Position numbers and translations under genes: made by a program. Positions 19,614 to 29,007 of a stretch of 64,000 bases of DNA are shown here, one piece after another. Each line of letters begins with the position of its first letter. Within the stretch, counting starts at the first letter, position 1. The stretch is from Candidatus Latescibacterota bacterium. GTDB lineage: Bacteria > Latescibacterota > UBA2968 > UBA8231. The stretch covers positions 3,808,001 to 3,872,000 of the forward strand of contig OZ244561.1 in NCBI GenBank assembly GCA_965217585.1. The letters run 5' to 3'. The notes beneath the pieces were generated by a model, which was given only the letters and a program-made list of their open reading frames with translations, was not told the origin of the DNA and ran no database searches.

Positions 19614-20777
19614 TTGGCGTTTTTCGACCGGGCGGCGGCCTGTTTTTTCGCGCTCTGCCTCCTCTCCGCAGGCTGCGATCCTCCGCCCTCGCAACCCCAA
19701 GCGGACGCCGCGTATCACGTCTATCCAGGCGACGACATCCAAGCGGCCCTTGAAGCGGCAGCCCGCGACCCAACCCACAAGACCGTCAAGGTTCACGCGG
19801 GGACCTATCGGCCGCAGCGAGCCGGCCAAGCGATGCTCTTCTTCGCGGCCCGCCACGATGGCATCGTGCTCGAAGCGGTGGGGCGCGTGGTGCTGACGGC
19901 CGCCCATGCCGAGCGAGCCGACCCCAACGCGGAAAGTTACCCAGCCATCGTCAACCACGTGGTCTTTTTTGGCGATGGCATCTCCCGGCGCACCGTCTTG
20001 CGCGGTTTCACCATCACCGGCGCCAACAACTTTGCCAGCCGCAGCGAAGGCCCTGAACCAATTCAGCCGGACTCCTCCAATGGCGTGCGCTGGGAAAAGG
20101 GGTTGTTCTTTTACGCCGACGGCGGCGGCATCAAGGTATTTGGCCGTTCTTATCCAACCCTCGAAGGACTAGTGATCCACGACAACTACGCCAGCCCCTG
20201 CGGCGGCGGCGTCTCCATCGAGCATCGGGGGTTCGACGCCGAGGCCGTGCTGATCAAAAACTCCATCTTCCGCAACAATAGCTGCCAAATCACTGGCGCG
20301 GCCGTCGATGTGCTGCCCGGCAGCGCGACCGTACTCGACAACTGCCTCTTCGTCGGCAATGTCGCCAATCTCGGCCCCGACTACGTGGGTCGCCGCGGCG
20401 GCGTCGAATACAACAAGGCGCACGGCTCGGGTGCCTTGACGGTCTTTCCCGGAGCGCGCGTCGAGGTACGCGACTGCACCTTTACGGACAACTGGAACGG
20501 CGTTGACGACAAGGGCCGTGGCAGCGCGTACAGCAATACTATTTTCTGGATGAACGTACGCGATGGTGGCATCGCCCCCGGCAGCCGCTACGAGGTCGAT
20601 CTGCTCGACAGCCGCCGCTTTAGCGGCTGCTATATCCGCGGTCAGATCGACGACCTGCGCGGCACCTTGGACCCGAGGCGCAATATGCTCCAAGCACCGG
20701 ACCCGCAATTCGACGAGCACTACCGGCCCCAAGCTCCTACTTACGCCGGAGCGGGCTACCGGCCGGCGGTGGAATAG
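19614..20777 (+). CDS. Right-handed parallel beta-helix (pectate-lyase-like) lipoprotein
   Basis: LSAGC lipobox; IQAALEAA...VHAGTY; LRGFTITG; GGGI...PTL...NYA..GGG; LIKNSIFRNN repeats. Confidence 0.7.
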   Translation: MAFFDRAAACFFALCLLSAGCDPPPSQPQADAAYHVYPGDDIQAALEAAARDPTHKTVKVHAGTYRPQRAGQAMLFFAARHDGIVLEAVGRVVLTAAHAERADPNAESYPAIVNHVVFFGDGISRRTVLRGFTITGANNFASRSEGPEPIQPDSSNGVRWEKGLFFYADGGGIKVFGRSYPTLEGLVIHDNYASPCGGGVSIEHRGFDAEAVLIKNSIFRNNSCQITGAAVDVLPGSATVLDNCLFVGNVANLGPDYVGRRGGVEYNKAHGSGALTVFPGARVEVRDCTFTDNWNGVDDKGRGSAYSNTIFWMNVRDGGIAPGSRYEVDLLDSRRFSGCYIRGQIDDLRGTLDPRRNMLQAPDPQFDEHYRPQAPTYAGAGYRPAVE

Positions 20778-20900
20778 ACCCATGGCTGCTTGGACTCGGG
20801 CGACAAGCGCTCGCTTTGAAAAAAAACCGGCGATGCCTATACTGTCTGCCTATCCGGTGTCGGCCTTTCTTCACCATATCCTCCATGATCGTTCCACATT

Positions 20901-23108
20901 ATGCTGAAACTGCTCTCGACACTCGCCGTCTTTTCTCTGGCGGCACCGCACCACACCGGGGCACAGGGTGCCGCTGCTATCCGTCAACAGCGGCTCGAAC
21001 TGGACCGCACGGTCTGGTCCGACGAGCGTCGCGCCCAGCAGTACGAGGCTGTCTTCGTCGCCTTATGGGATCGACTGCGCACTGCCCAAGAGGCGCGGCC
21101 GGTGCTGGCCGCCTTCCCCTTTGACCAACTGCTGCTCGGCACCCGGCAGGATAGCGTTGGGCACGACTGGGACATCGTCGAAACGCACTATGGCAACCCG
21201 CCGCGCACGCTCGACCAAGGGCAGTGGTCGGCCCTGCTCGAACAATGGGAAGATGAGGGCCTCGTTCTCGAACAATCCGAATGGCACCACAAGCAGTTCA
21301 CCCCGGCCAAGGACGGACCGGCCCGCTCTTTAATTGACCTGAAACTGCACGTCAAAAACCGCGCTAGGCGTCTAATCGTCAGCGGCGACCTATCCGTCAC
21401 CTGGAGCGAGCGGCAAGACGAGGCCGGGCACTATATCCCCGCCACCATCGACGCCTCGAATCTGACGCTGACCGAACGCCGTGGCGCACCCGCTTTTGCC
21501 TCTTCAGCCGTCTTGGCGGACGATGCCGCGATCTCGCCCCTCATCGCCGCCGATCTCGACGGCGACGGTCTCGACGACTTGCTCGCGCTGGGTGCCAACT
21601 TGCTCTACCGCAACCAAGGTGGACGCTTTGCGCCTGAGCCGCTTTTGGCGTATCCGCCTCCGGGCGGTCGCATCGAAGTGGCACTCTTGGCCGATTTTAC
21701 CGGCGATGGCGTGCCCGATCTAATCGTCGGCGGCCCCGGTCAGTTGCTGGGTCTCTACGAGGGCGGCAAGAGCTTCGACCAACCCGGCTTGGCCATTGCG
21801 ACTCGTCCCCTGCAATACCCCGAAGCCATGAGCGCGGGCGACATAGACGGCGACGGCGACCTCGACCTGTGGGTTGGCCAGTACCGGCCGCCCTATCGCA
21901 AGGGGCAGATGCCCACGCCCTACTACGACGCCAACGACGGCTATCCCGCGTACCTGCTGAGCAACAACGGGCGCGGGCGCTTCACCGACATCACGAGCCG
22001 CGCGGGCCTCGAAACCAAGCGCAAGCGGCGCACGTATAGCGGCTCCTTGGCCGATCTCGACGGCGACGACGACCTCGACCTGCTGGTCGTCAGCGACTTC
22101 GCCGGCATTGACCTGTACTACAATGACGGCACCGGCACCTTTGCCGATGTCACCCCCCAAGCTGTCAGCGAGGCATCGACCTTTGGCATGTCCCACGTCT
22201 TTGGCGACTACAATGCCGACGGCCGCCTCGACATGTACGTAGTGGGCATGAGTTCGACCACGGCGCGCCGCCTCGACTACCTCGGTCTCGGACGCGAGGA
22301 GTACCCCGAGCATCACCAGCAGCGCCGGGCCATGGGCTTTGGCAATCGACTTTACCTCGGGCGCGAGGACGCCCGGTTTAGCATCGCCCCAGGAACGGAG
22401 CAAGTGGCGCGCACCGGGTGGTCTTGGGGCGTGGCCTCCGCGGACTTCGACAACGACGGCGACGACGAAATCTACGTGGCCAACGGCCACCTCAGCGGTG
22501 AGACCGCCCAAGACTACTGCACCACCTTCTGGACGCACGACATCTACACCGGCGGCTCCGAACCCGACCCGCAGATAGCCGAATTTTTCAACGAGATGAT
22601 TGCGGACTGGAACAGCGCGGGTATCTCGTGGAACGGCTTTGAGCACAACAAGCTCTACCTGAGCGGAGGGGGCCGTTCCTTTGTCGAGATCGGCTATCTG
22701 ATGGGCGTGGCTTTTGAATTCGATGCGCGCACCGTGCTCGACATGGACATCGATGCCGACGGCCGCGTGGACCTATTGGTCAGCGAGTGGTCCGGCACTC
22801 CGCGCCGCGAGCGGGTCCACGTCTTGCGCAATGTCTGGCCCGGCGACAACAACTGGCTCGGCGTGCGCCTCCAAGGCGCGGCCGGCATCTCTCCCATCGG
22901 CGCGAATATCACCCTGCGTTCGTCCCAAGGCACCAAGACGCAGTGGGTTTATACCGGCGAATCCTTTGACGCCCAGCGCTCACCCACCCGCCATTTCGGC
23001 TTGGGCCGCGGCGAGCAGGTCGAAGCGGTCGAAGTGCGGTGGCCTGGTGGGAAGGTCACCACTCTATCCAATCCACAGATCAACCGCTATCACGAACTGA
23101 CGCCCTAG
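20901..23108 (+). CDS. FG-GAP/VCBS repeat protein with C-terminal ASPIC/UnbV domain (CRTAC1 family)
   Basis: Repeated DLDGDGxxDL and DFDNDGDDEIYVANG motifs; C-terminal IGANITL...HFGLG...VEVRWPGG. Confidence 0.85.
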   Translation: MLKLLSTLAVFSLAAPHHTGAQGAAAIRQQRLELDRTVWSDERRAQQYEAVFVALWDRLRTAQEARPVLAAFPFDQLLLGTRQDSVGHDWDIVETHYGNPPRTLDQGQWSALLEQWEDEGLVLEQSEWHHKQFTPAKDGPARSLIDLKLHVKNRARRLIVSGDLSVTWSERQDEAGHYIPATIDASNLTLTERRGAPAFASSAVLADDAAISPLIAADLDGDGLDDLLALGANLLYRNQGGRFAPEPLLAYPPPGGRIEVALLADFTGDGVPDLIVGGPGQLLGLYEGGKSFDQPGLAIATRPLQYPEAMSAGDIDGDGDLDLWVGQYRPPYRKGQMPTPYYDANDGYPAYLLSNNGRGRFTDITSRAGLETKRKRRTYSGSLADLDGDDDLDLLVVSDFAGIDLYYNDGTGTFADVTPQAVSEASTFGMSHVFGDYNADGRLDMYVVGMSSTTARRLDYLGLGREEYPEHHQQRRAMGFGNRLYLGREDARFSIAPGTEQVARTGWSWGVASADFDNDGDDEIYVANGHLSGETAQDYCTTFWTHDIYTGGSEPDPQIAEFFNEMIADWNSAGISWNGFEHNKLYLSGGGRSFVEIGYLMGVAFEFDARTVLDMDIDADGRVDLLVSEWSGTPRRERVHVLRNVWPGDNNWLGVRLQGAAGISPIGANITLRSSQGTKTQWVYTGESFDAQRSPTRHFGLGRGEQVEAVEVRWPGGKVTTLSNPQINRYHELTP

Positions 23109-23253
23109 CAAAGGGTAGAGGATGATCGTACACAACAGTGCCTTGCTCTTTATCAAGACACGGCTCACCGCCTAGGCGATAGTCGCCTGTAGTGAGGCCC
23201 TATCGAGTGCGACCTATGTGTGTAGCCTCATCAGCGACTAACTACACATTATG

Positions 23254-24078
23254 CTATTGGATGTTCTGGAGAGGAGAGGATCTCCCACTAAGCTGGTTCA
23301 TATGTTCCGCTAAATCTGAGATATGACCGTGCAATGTGCGTAATTCATCGACCGAGCCGACCATAGATTCAAACTCAGAACCATCGCTGTACGTAACCTG
23401 ATACAAATAACTTTCTGTGGGATCATCCATCGAAAAATCAGGATTCTCTAGAAACTCCGTCGCCGCCATAATTACCTCAAAAACGACAGGTGCGGAGTCC
23501 TGTCTCAAAACGAGGCAGATTTGCTGAGGAAGGGCACTGAGTTTAGAGCGGACTCGATCTATATATGAATCCACAGTCGCTCTGCCTAGTAATCCAACGA
23601 GAGAGCGAGCTATATCGCCCTTTTTCTTTTCTGAAAAGTTTGCTTCAACTTCGAGAACTATTTGCTCTTTATGCCTTTCTTCTATTTGGTCTGGATAGTC
23701 GATGTCCAGCCCATTTTCAGCAAAGGCAGAAACGACTTTGTCTTTAGGCACATAGAACAAGTCTATTCCCTGACTCAAGACTAGTTCTCTCGCCGGTTGT
23801 GTAAAATCCCCTGCCGCTAAGATGCCTAAAAAACGCGCCGTGGGATATGTAGCGCGCATTGGCCTCAGTTTTCCACTGTCGTCGCGGGCTTTGTCTTTGG
23901 AGTGTCGCGCACCGCGCCGCCAGAAACATTCGACAAAAGCCACGGGAACCCCCCGCTTTTCATCACTCCCACCTAATTCGAGGACAAAATCATAATCTAC
24001 CGTGTTGCCGTCTATGTCTTGCCAGATGATTTTTTCCTTACCACGCAGAGGGCGTGATACGAACCGGTTGTCTAAGTA
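23254..24078 (-). pseudogene. Type II restriction endonuclease-like gene, 3' part (split by IS)
   Basis: The frame continues upstream of the listed ORF (...DNRFVSRPLRGKEKIIWQDIDGNTVDYDFVLELGG...VAFVECFWRRGARHSKDKA). Removing the IS and one target copy rejoins it in frame with 25378-25495 to give a 311-aa ORF. Confidence 0.75.
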
Positions 24079-25377
24079 CTTGAATTCGACAGGTAGGTTG
24101 ATATTTAGGCTCGAACAGGCATCGGAGTCTCCCTATTTTGGGATAGCTTGATTCACCGCCATGGATCATCTACCCCAGGGAAACTCCGATGCTGAACCTG
24201 ACTCGCTTGCCTGTGAACCTTCGTTATTTTTTGCGTGGGACTCAACATTTTTTTCGTCATCGCCATCATCTGGTGTTCTGTTGGAGTATGACGCTGTTGT
24301 TAATCTATCAAGATAAAGCGACGCTGTGTGGTTTAGCCCGCTTGGGGCCTAACCATATAGCGGAATGGCACTTACGTCGCTTGCTGAGTGCGACCTACTG
24401 GAGTTGGCGGTTGCTGTTGGGGTACTTGGTTGATGCGGTGATCGCCGGGCTGCCACCGGCGGAAGACGGTCGGGTGTTGGTGATCGTCGACGGGACCTAC
24501 AAAGCCAAGGTGGCCAAGAAACATCCGTTGGTGCGCAAAGCCCGCGCCGATGGCTATAGTCCCTTTCTGTGGGGGTTTGAAGTGATCCTGGTCATGCTGC
24601 AGTGGGGCAATTATCGAATCCCTATCGATTTCGAGTTGGTTCGGCGTAAAGAAGACCCGGCCTATCAGAAGCCCAATGTGTTGTTTCGTCAGATGCTGAC
24701 CGCCTTGGTACCACCGGCTTGGGCCCAGCAAGTGATCGTGGTCGCCGATGCCGGGTTTCCCGCTAAAGAAACGCTGCACTTGATCCAGCAACGAGGCTTC
24801 TTTTTCGTCATGAGTCTGCCCCGCACCTGGAAGTTTGAAGACGGCCATACGCTCAAAGATTGGGTCCATCATACGCGCCATACCTGTTATCGAAAAATCT
24901 GGTTTCGTCCGCACGGCTCCCGTCGGCGGGTCTATTGGGTCTACCGCGGTCGTAAACGCCTGCGACACATCGGAGATGTCACGTTGGTCTTGAGCAAGAA
25001 ACGGCGCAACGATTCGCCGAAACAAACCAAAATCCTGGTGACCAATCTACCGGACGTGACCGCAGGCCAACTCGTCGTGTTGTATACCCGCCGCTGGCAC
25101 GTGGAACTGCTCATCAAAGAATTGAAAGGGGCCACCGGATTAGGACAAGCCCAGGTGACCAAGCAGACCCAACGAGTCGAACGCTCCGTCGCGTTGTCCG
25201 TTATGGCCTACTTGGTTTTGATCCATTTTCGGCAGCGGGATATTCCCCACCAAGGACCGTGGAGTGCGTTTACCCTCAAGCGAAATTTTGCTTGGGAGTG
25301 TGCGCGAAAACAGATTGAACATAACCAAAAACGAACCTACACAAAGGCCGCCTAAGACAACTACCTGTCGAATTCAA
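24079..25377 (+). mobile_element. Insertion sequence (IS4/IS701-like DDE), about 1.3 kb
   Basis: Perfect 17-bp terminal inverted repeats TTGAATTCGACAGGTAG (24080-24096) and CTACCTGTCGAATTCAA (25361-25377); direct repeat CTAAGTA at 24072-24078 and 25378-25384. Confidence 0.92.
24189..25355 (+). CDS. DDE transposase (IS4/IS701-like superfamily)
   Basis: VIVDGT, VVADAGF, LVTNL, YTRRWHVELLIKELK (Y-x2-R-W-x2-E signature). Confidence 0.9.
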   Translation: MLNLTRLPVNLRYFLRGTQHFFRHRHHLVFCWSMTLLLIYQDKATLCGLARLGPNHIAEWHLRRLLSATYWSWRLLLGYLVDAVIAGLPPAEDGRVLVIVDGTYKAKVAKKHPLVRKARADGYSPFLWGFEVILVMLQWGNYRIPIDFELVRRKEDPAYQKPNVLFRQMLTALVPPAWAQQVIVVADAGFPAKETLHLIQQRGFFFVMSLPRTWKFEDGHTLKDWVHHTRHTCYRKIWFRPHGSRRRVYWVYRGRKRLRHIGDVTLVLSKKRRNDSPKQTKILVTNLPDVTAGQLVVLYTRRWHVELLIKELKGATGLGQAQVTKQTQRVERSVALSVMAYLVLIHFRQRDIPHQGPWSAFTLKRNFAWECARKQIEHNQKRTYTKAA

Positions 25378-25495
25378 CTAAGTAGAGTTCCAGCGCATCC
25401 GCTACTTGGCTAAGTAGAGGCAACGAGAAATACTGTTCGAACCAGTCTCCGACCAACTGACCGAGTTTGTGTCCGGATGAAGCTAGTCCCGCCAT
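25378..25495 (-). pseudogene. Restriction endonuclease-like gene, 5' part (split by IS)
   Basis: ATG at 25495 with GGAG RBS, 12 bp after the MTase stop: MAGLASSGHKLGQLVGDWFEQYFSLPLLSQVADALELYL, then the IS. Confidence 0.75.
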
Positions 25496-25507
25496 AGTTT
25501 ACTCCAC

Positions 25508-26797
25508 TCACCCACCCACCCACAGTCGCCCTTCGTGCAAGGGCACTCTATGCTTTCTGTTTTTCCATTTCACATTTCGATCCCGCAACTTTTCAAAGTG
25601 GAAGTATTTGAAACCGACTGCGACCGCCAGTCGACCAAGCCATTGATCAATGGGCACATATACTCCGTATGGTGCCGAATCTCCGATGACAAAACACGCC
25701 GTTGCCCCTTCTCGACAAATCCGCCTCAACTCGCGCCAAACCTTGGCCATATCGACAAAATAGGCGGCTATCATAGTATGATAGTGTTTTTTCCCACCGT
25801 GCAGCAGGCGCTCTTCTGACAATTTGTTGCACACTTTCGCCAACTCGGTGCCAATAGGCGCGATAACTTCTTCGCTCAATAAATCACTCAGTTCCAGCTT
25901 TTCTTTTGACGCGTGCTGGGAAGACGACCTTATCAGGTACTTCCTCACTGACTCATGAAGGTCTCCCCAAGAAGAAATTTCCTCCCAAAAAGACATTTCA
26001 AATCGAGTCGCATCCGCGTAGTCGTAATTGTTGGCATAAGGAGGCGAGGTGATGACCAAGTCCACACTCCTGTCTTGCACCTGGGGAAAATCCCTCGCGT
26101 CTCCGCGTAGCAAGTTAGCTTGGGAACAGTCTGCCTTTCGCTGATATTCCTCCATATCGGCACTCATAAGGGCGATTTGGTTTGCGAAAGCGACAAAGGG
26201 TTCGGTAGTGGCTTTTTTTGTTTTATTGGGAAGGATATACTGCCATTGCGCCGTACCAGCCGAAGAAGATGGACGCAGGATTGCCGTAAGAGCCAACCAA
26301 ACCAGTTTAGCAGCGGAACTTCCATCGTCGATAGCTTGCCAACTGCTCTTCAATTTGTCTAAACTATTGAGCGTATTTTCGTCGAAGCACTTATAAATTA
26401 GCTGCGGATATTTGGTCGAAGACTTCTTCCCTTTGCGTGCTCTCTCCATCATTTCGTTACCTTTGTCGCGTAGTTGGGTGGCGGAAGTATGCCATAGCAA
26501 TTTGCCAGCGGCGATCCGTGCGACAAAAGGATGAGCTTCCACTCCCCAACTAGGTATCCCCATGCCATCAGCTACCAATAAAGTAGTACCTGAGCCGGCA
26601 AAAGGATCACATATAGTCACTTCGCCCTTCTCAGCTATGTGGTCAGTTAGTACACTTTCTACCCACTGCGCGGAAAAACCGGCTGAATACTTGAACCAGC
26701 GGTGGATGGGCAGTTTCATATTATCTACAAACGTGCCAGATCGTTCGTTTTTTTTTGCGGTAGACCGCAAATCGGGAAAAAGGGGTAGTGTAGTCAT
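25508..26797 (-). CDS. DNA amino-methyltransferase, alpha-class, probably N4-cytosine (type II R-M)
   Basis: Motif I DPFAGSGTT lies N-terminal of motif IV TSPPYANNYDY; IHRWFKYSAGFS; FVIGDS. Confidence 0.88.
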   Translation of the reverse strand: MTTLPLFPDLRSTAKKNERSGTFVDNMKLPIHRWFKYSAGFSAQWVESVLTDHIAEKGEVTICDPFAGSGTTLLVADGMGIPSWGVEAHPFVARIAAGKLLWHTSATQLRDKGNEMMERARKGKKSSTKYPQLIYKCFDENTLNSLDKLKSSWQAIDDGSSAAKLVWLALTAILRPSSSAGTAQWQYILPNKTKKATTEPFVAFANQIALMSADMEEYQRKADCSQANLLRGDARDFPQVQDRSVDLVITSPPYANNYDYADATRFEMSFWEEISSWGDLHESVRKYLIRSSSQHASKEKLELSDLLSEEVIAPIGTELAKVCNKLSEERLLHGGKKHYHTMIAAYFVDMAKVWRELRRICREGATACFVIGDSAPYGVYVPIDQWLGRLAVAVGFKYFHFEKLRDRNVKWKNRKHRVPLHEGRLWVGG

Positions 26798-27111
26798 TTA
26801 TTCTTATTCTATGTGGAAGCAAATTTTATGCCCACACACCACTGCCGAGTGGTCTAGCTTGAGGTATGAATGGTATTTATGCTATCGCTTCTAAAAGTTG
26901 GGATGTTACCTATACTACACAGGAGTACTTCCCAGAGAGTAACTCGCAAACAAAGCCTAGTCGCGCAGTACTTGCAAGTAGGCTACATTAAACGAAAGTA
27001 GGCGCTATCGCTTTGCAAATCAAGAACACGACACCTCAACCTGCCCTCCACCTCGGCTAACTAGGCTAGGCTTCTGGCAATTGCTGAAAGAAATGCGAGA
27101 TAGAGACCTCT

Positions 27112-29007
27112 ATGCGCTACGCTACCCGCTTCAACGGCATCCCCTTGTCCGTCACTCTCGCGGCGGACCCGGCGTTGGAGGATCGGCTCCTCGACGCCCC
27201 CGGCACCTATGCGGATGACCGCTACGAGTACTCCTGCATCGAAACGCCCCTTGGTCCCAAAAGTCTGCTGCTGACATGGCGATTGCGCCGGGTGGATGGC
27301 AGCCCATTTAAGATCGCCTCATTCAAAGCGGAAGCCGCAGTACCTGGCCTAGACCTGCACCGCGTCTTCGTGCCCGTGCTACACGAGGCCATCGGCAAGC
27401 GCGACCTGATCAGCCTGCCCTGGGGCGTTGAGGAGCGCACCTTCACCTCTTGGTCCTTCCCCTTCGTCGCCGCGCTAAACCGCTTTGACCAGAACCGCTT
27501 CTGCATGGGCTTTATGGACCACGTCCATGCGGCGGAGACCCGTCATAGCTGCTACGACGAAGACGCCAACATGTCCTTGCAGCGCCTCTTCGATCCCGCT
27601 CCCCGCGAGACTAGCGTCTGGGAAGAGACGCTCTACCTGTCCTGCGAGGACCACCCCGTCTTCGACGAGGTACGCGCCTTCTCGCGCACCTACGACGAGC
27701 TGCACCAGGTCGCTCTGCCGCCAACGCCGGCCTCGGTGTGGGAACCGGTCTGGTGCTCCTGGTACGGCATCAAAAACGATGTCGATGCCGACTATATCCG
27801 CACTATGACACCCCTGCTCAAAGAATGGGGCATTGGCAATATCATCGTCGATGCGGGCTGGTTCAAAGGCGACGGCTTCGACCCCGACACCGGCCACTAC
27901 ATTCCCGACGTAAGCAAATTTCCCGACCTCAAGGGCCTCGTCGAAGAGGTTCAGTCCCAAGGCTTGACCATCCTGCTGTGGTGCGCGCCGCTGTTCAATA
28001 TCAGCGGTCTGGCCGACGTTCCCTTCATACAAAAGCACCGCTTCCGCGCCGCAGACTCCGACGAAGCGAACAACTTCCTCTGTCCCCGCTGCCCTGCGGT
28101 GCGCCAATACGCCTGGCGCACAGTCAAACACCTGATGCAGACCTACGGCTGCAACGGCCTCAAGATCGACTTCATTGATCCACTGCAAGACCGCGCCAGC
28201 CTGCCCTGCACCACCGACCACGAGCACGATATCGCCGACTACGGTGAGGCCGTGTACGACCTGCTCCAAGGCATCTACCGGGCCGCCACGCAAGTGCGCG
28301 CCGACGCCCTACTCGAATACCGCATGAACTACTCGACCCTCGCCACCCGGCCCTTTGCCACCAGCCACCGCGCCCAAGACGCACCCTTCGATCCCGACCA
28401 CATCCGCCGCATGTGTACTCGGCTCAAAAGCTATATTCTCAACCCGGAAGCTGGCCGCTCAGGCAACGTGGCGGTACACACCGACCCGGCCTACTGGCTA
28501 CCCGAGGAAAGTCCCGCAAACGTCGGCCGCTTTATGGCCAGCCTCGTCGCAAGTGCCGTGCCCATGCTCTCGATGGACCTGCGCGCTTTGCCCGCCGAGC
28601 ACCAGCGCATCACCCGCGCTTGGCTCGCCTTTTATCGCCAGCACCGCGACCTGTTGCTCTTCGGCCACCAACAGCTCCTCAGCGCCGATCCTCACCACTC
28701 GCTCTTTTCCTTGCACCTTGGCGACGAAGTACTCTGGGGAGCCTTCACTCCCACCTTCCCCGGCCTGCTCGCAGTGCCCTCGACGAACATTCGCCGGATG
28801 TGGATCCTCAACGGCGGTGCCCAAGAGCGCCTCTATACTCGTATAGAAGGCGTCGAAGGCGAGTGCCTCCAAGCCCAAGTTTACGACCGGGGGCTAGAAA
28901 AAACCGCGGCCATCAAATTGCTGGTGGAAGACCGTGCCGTTATCCTAGACCTCGCGGTGGAAATCGGCGGGGTCCTCGAACTACAGTCAGGTAGTGAATG
29001 TCTTTAA
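27112..29007 (+). CDS. Glycoside hydrolase, clan GH-D (GH36-like alpha-galactosidase)
   Basis: WCSWY, IVDAGWF, SKFPDLKGL...LLWCAP, nucleophile GLKIDF, acid/base RAQD. Confidence 0.8.
   Translation: MRYATRFNGIPLSVTLAADPALEDRLLDAPGTYADDRYEYSCIETPLGPKSLLLTWRLRRVDGSPFKIASFKAEAAVPGLDLHRVFVPVLHEAIGKRDLISLPWGVEERTFTSWSFPFVAALNRFDQNRFCMGFMDHVHAAETRHSCYDEDANMSLQRLFDPAPRETSVWEETLYLSCEDHPVFDEVRAFSRTYDELHQVALPPTPASVWEPVWCSWYGIKNDVDADYIRTMTPLLKEWGIGNIIVDAGWFKGDGFDPDTGHYIPDVSKFPDLKGLVEEVQSQGLTILLWCAPLFNISGLADVPFIQKHRFRAADSDEANNFLCPRCPAVRQYAWRTVKHLMQTYGCNGLKIDFIDPLQDRASLPCTTDHEHDIADYGEAVYDLLQGIYRAATQVRADALLEYRMNYSTLATRPFATSHRAQDAPFDPDHIRRMCTRLKSYILNPEAGRSGNVAVHTDPAYWLPEESPANVGRFMASLVASAVPMLSMDLRALPAEHQRITRAWLAFYRQHRDLLLFGHQQLLSADPHHSLFSLHLGDEVLWGAFTPTFPGLLAVPSTNIRRMWILNGGAQERLYTRIEGVEGECLQAQVYDRGLEKTAAIKLLVEDRAVILDLAVEIGGVLELQSGSECL

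Noticed and set aside
21720-22646. Long antisense or alternative-frame ORFs (also 27475-28293, 32324-33247, 55282-56106, 60191-61075)
   Set aside because: Shadow ORFs expected in high-GC coding DNA; no motifs, and they overlap well-supported genes.
23109-23253. Short hairpins or a tRNA/att site at the R-M island border (also 26800-27110)
   Set aside because: Only weak 6-8 bp stems; no tRNA fold, integrase or convincing flanking direct repeat.
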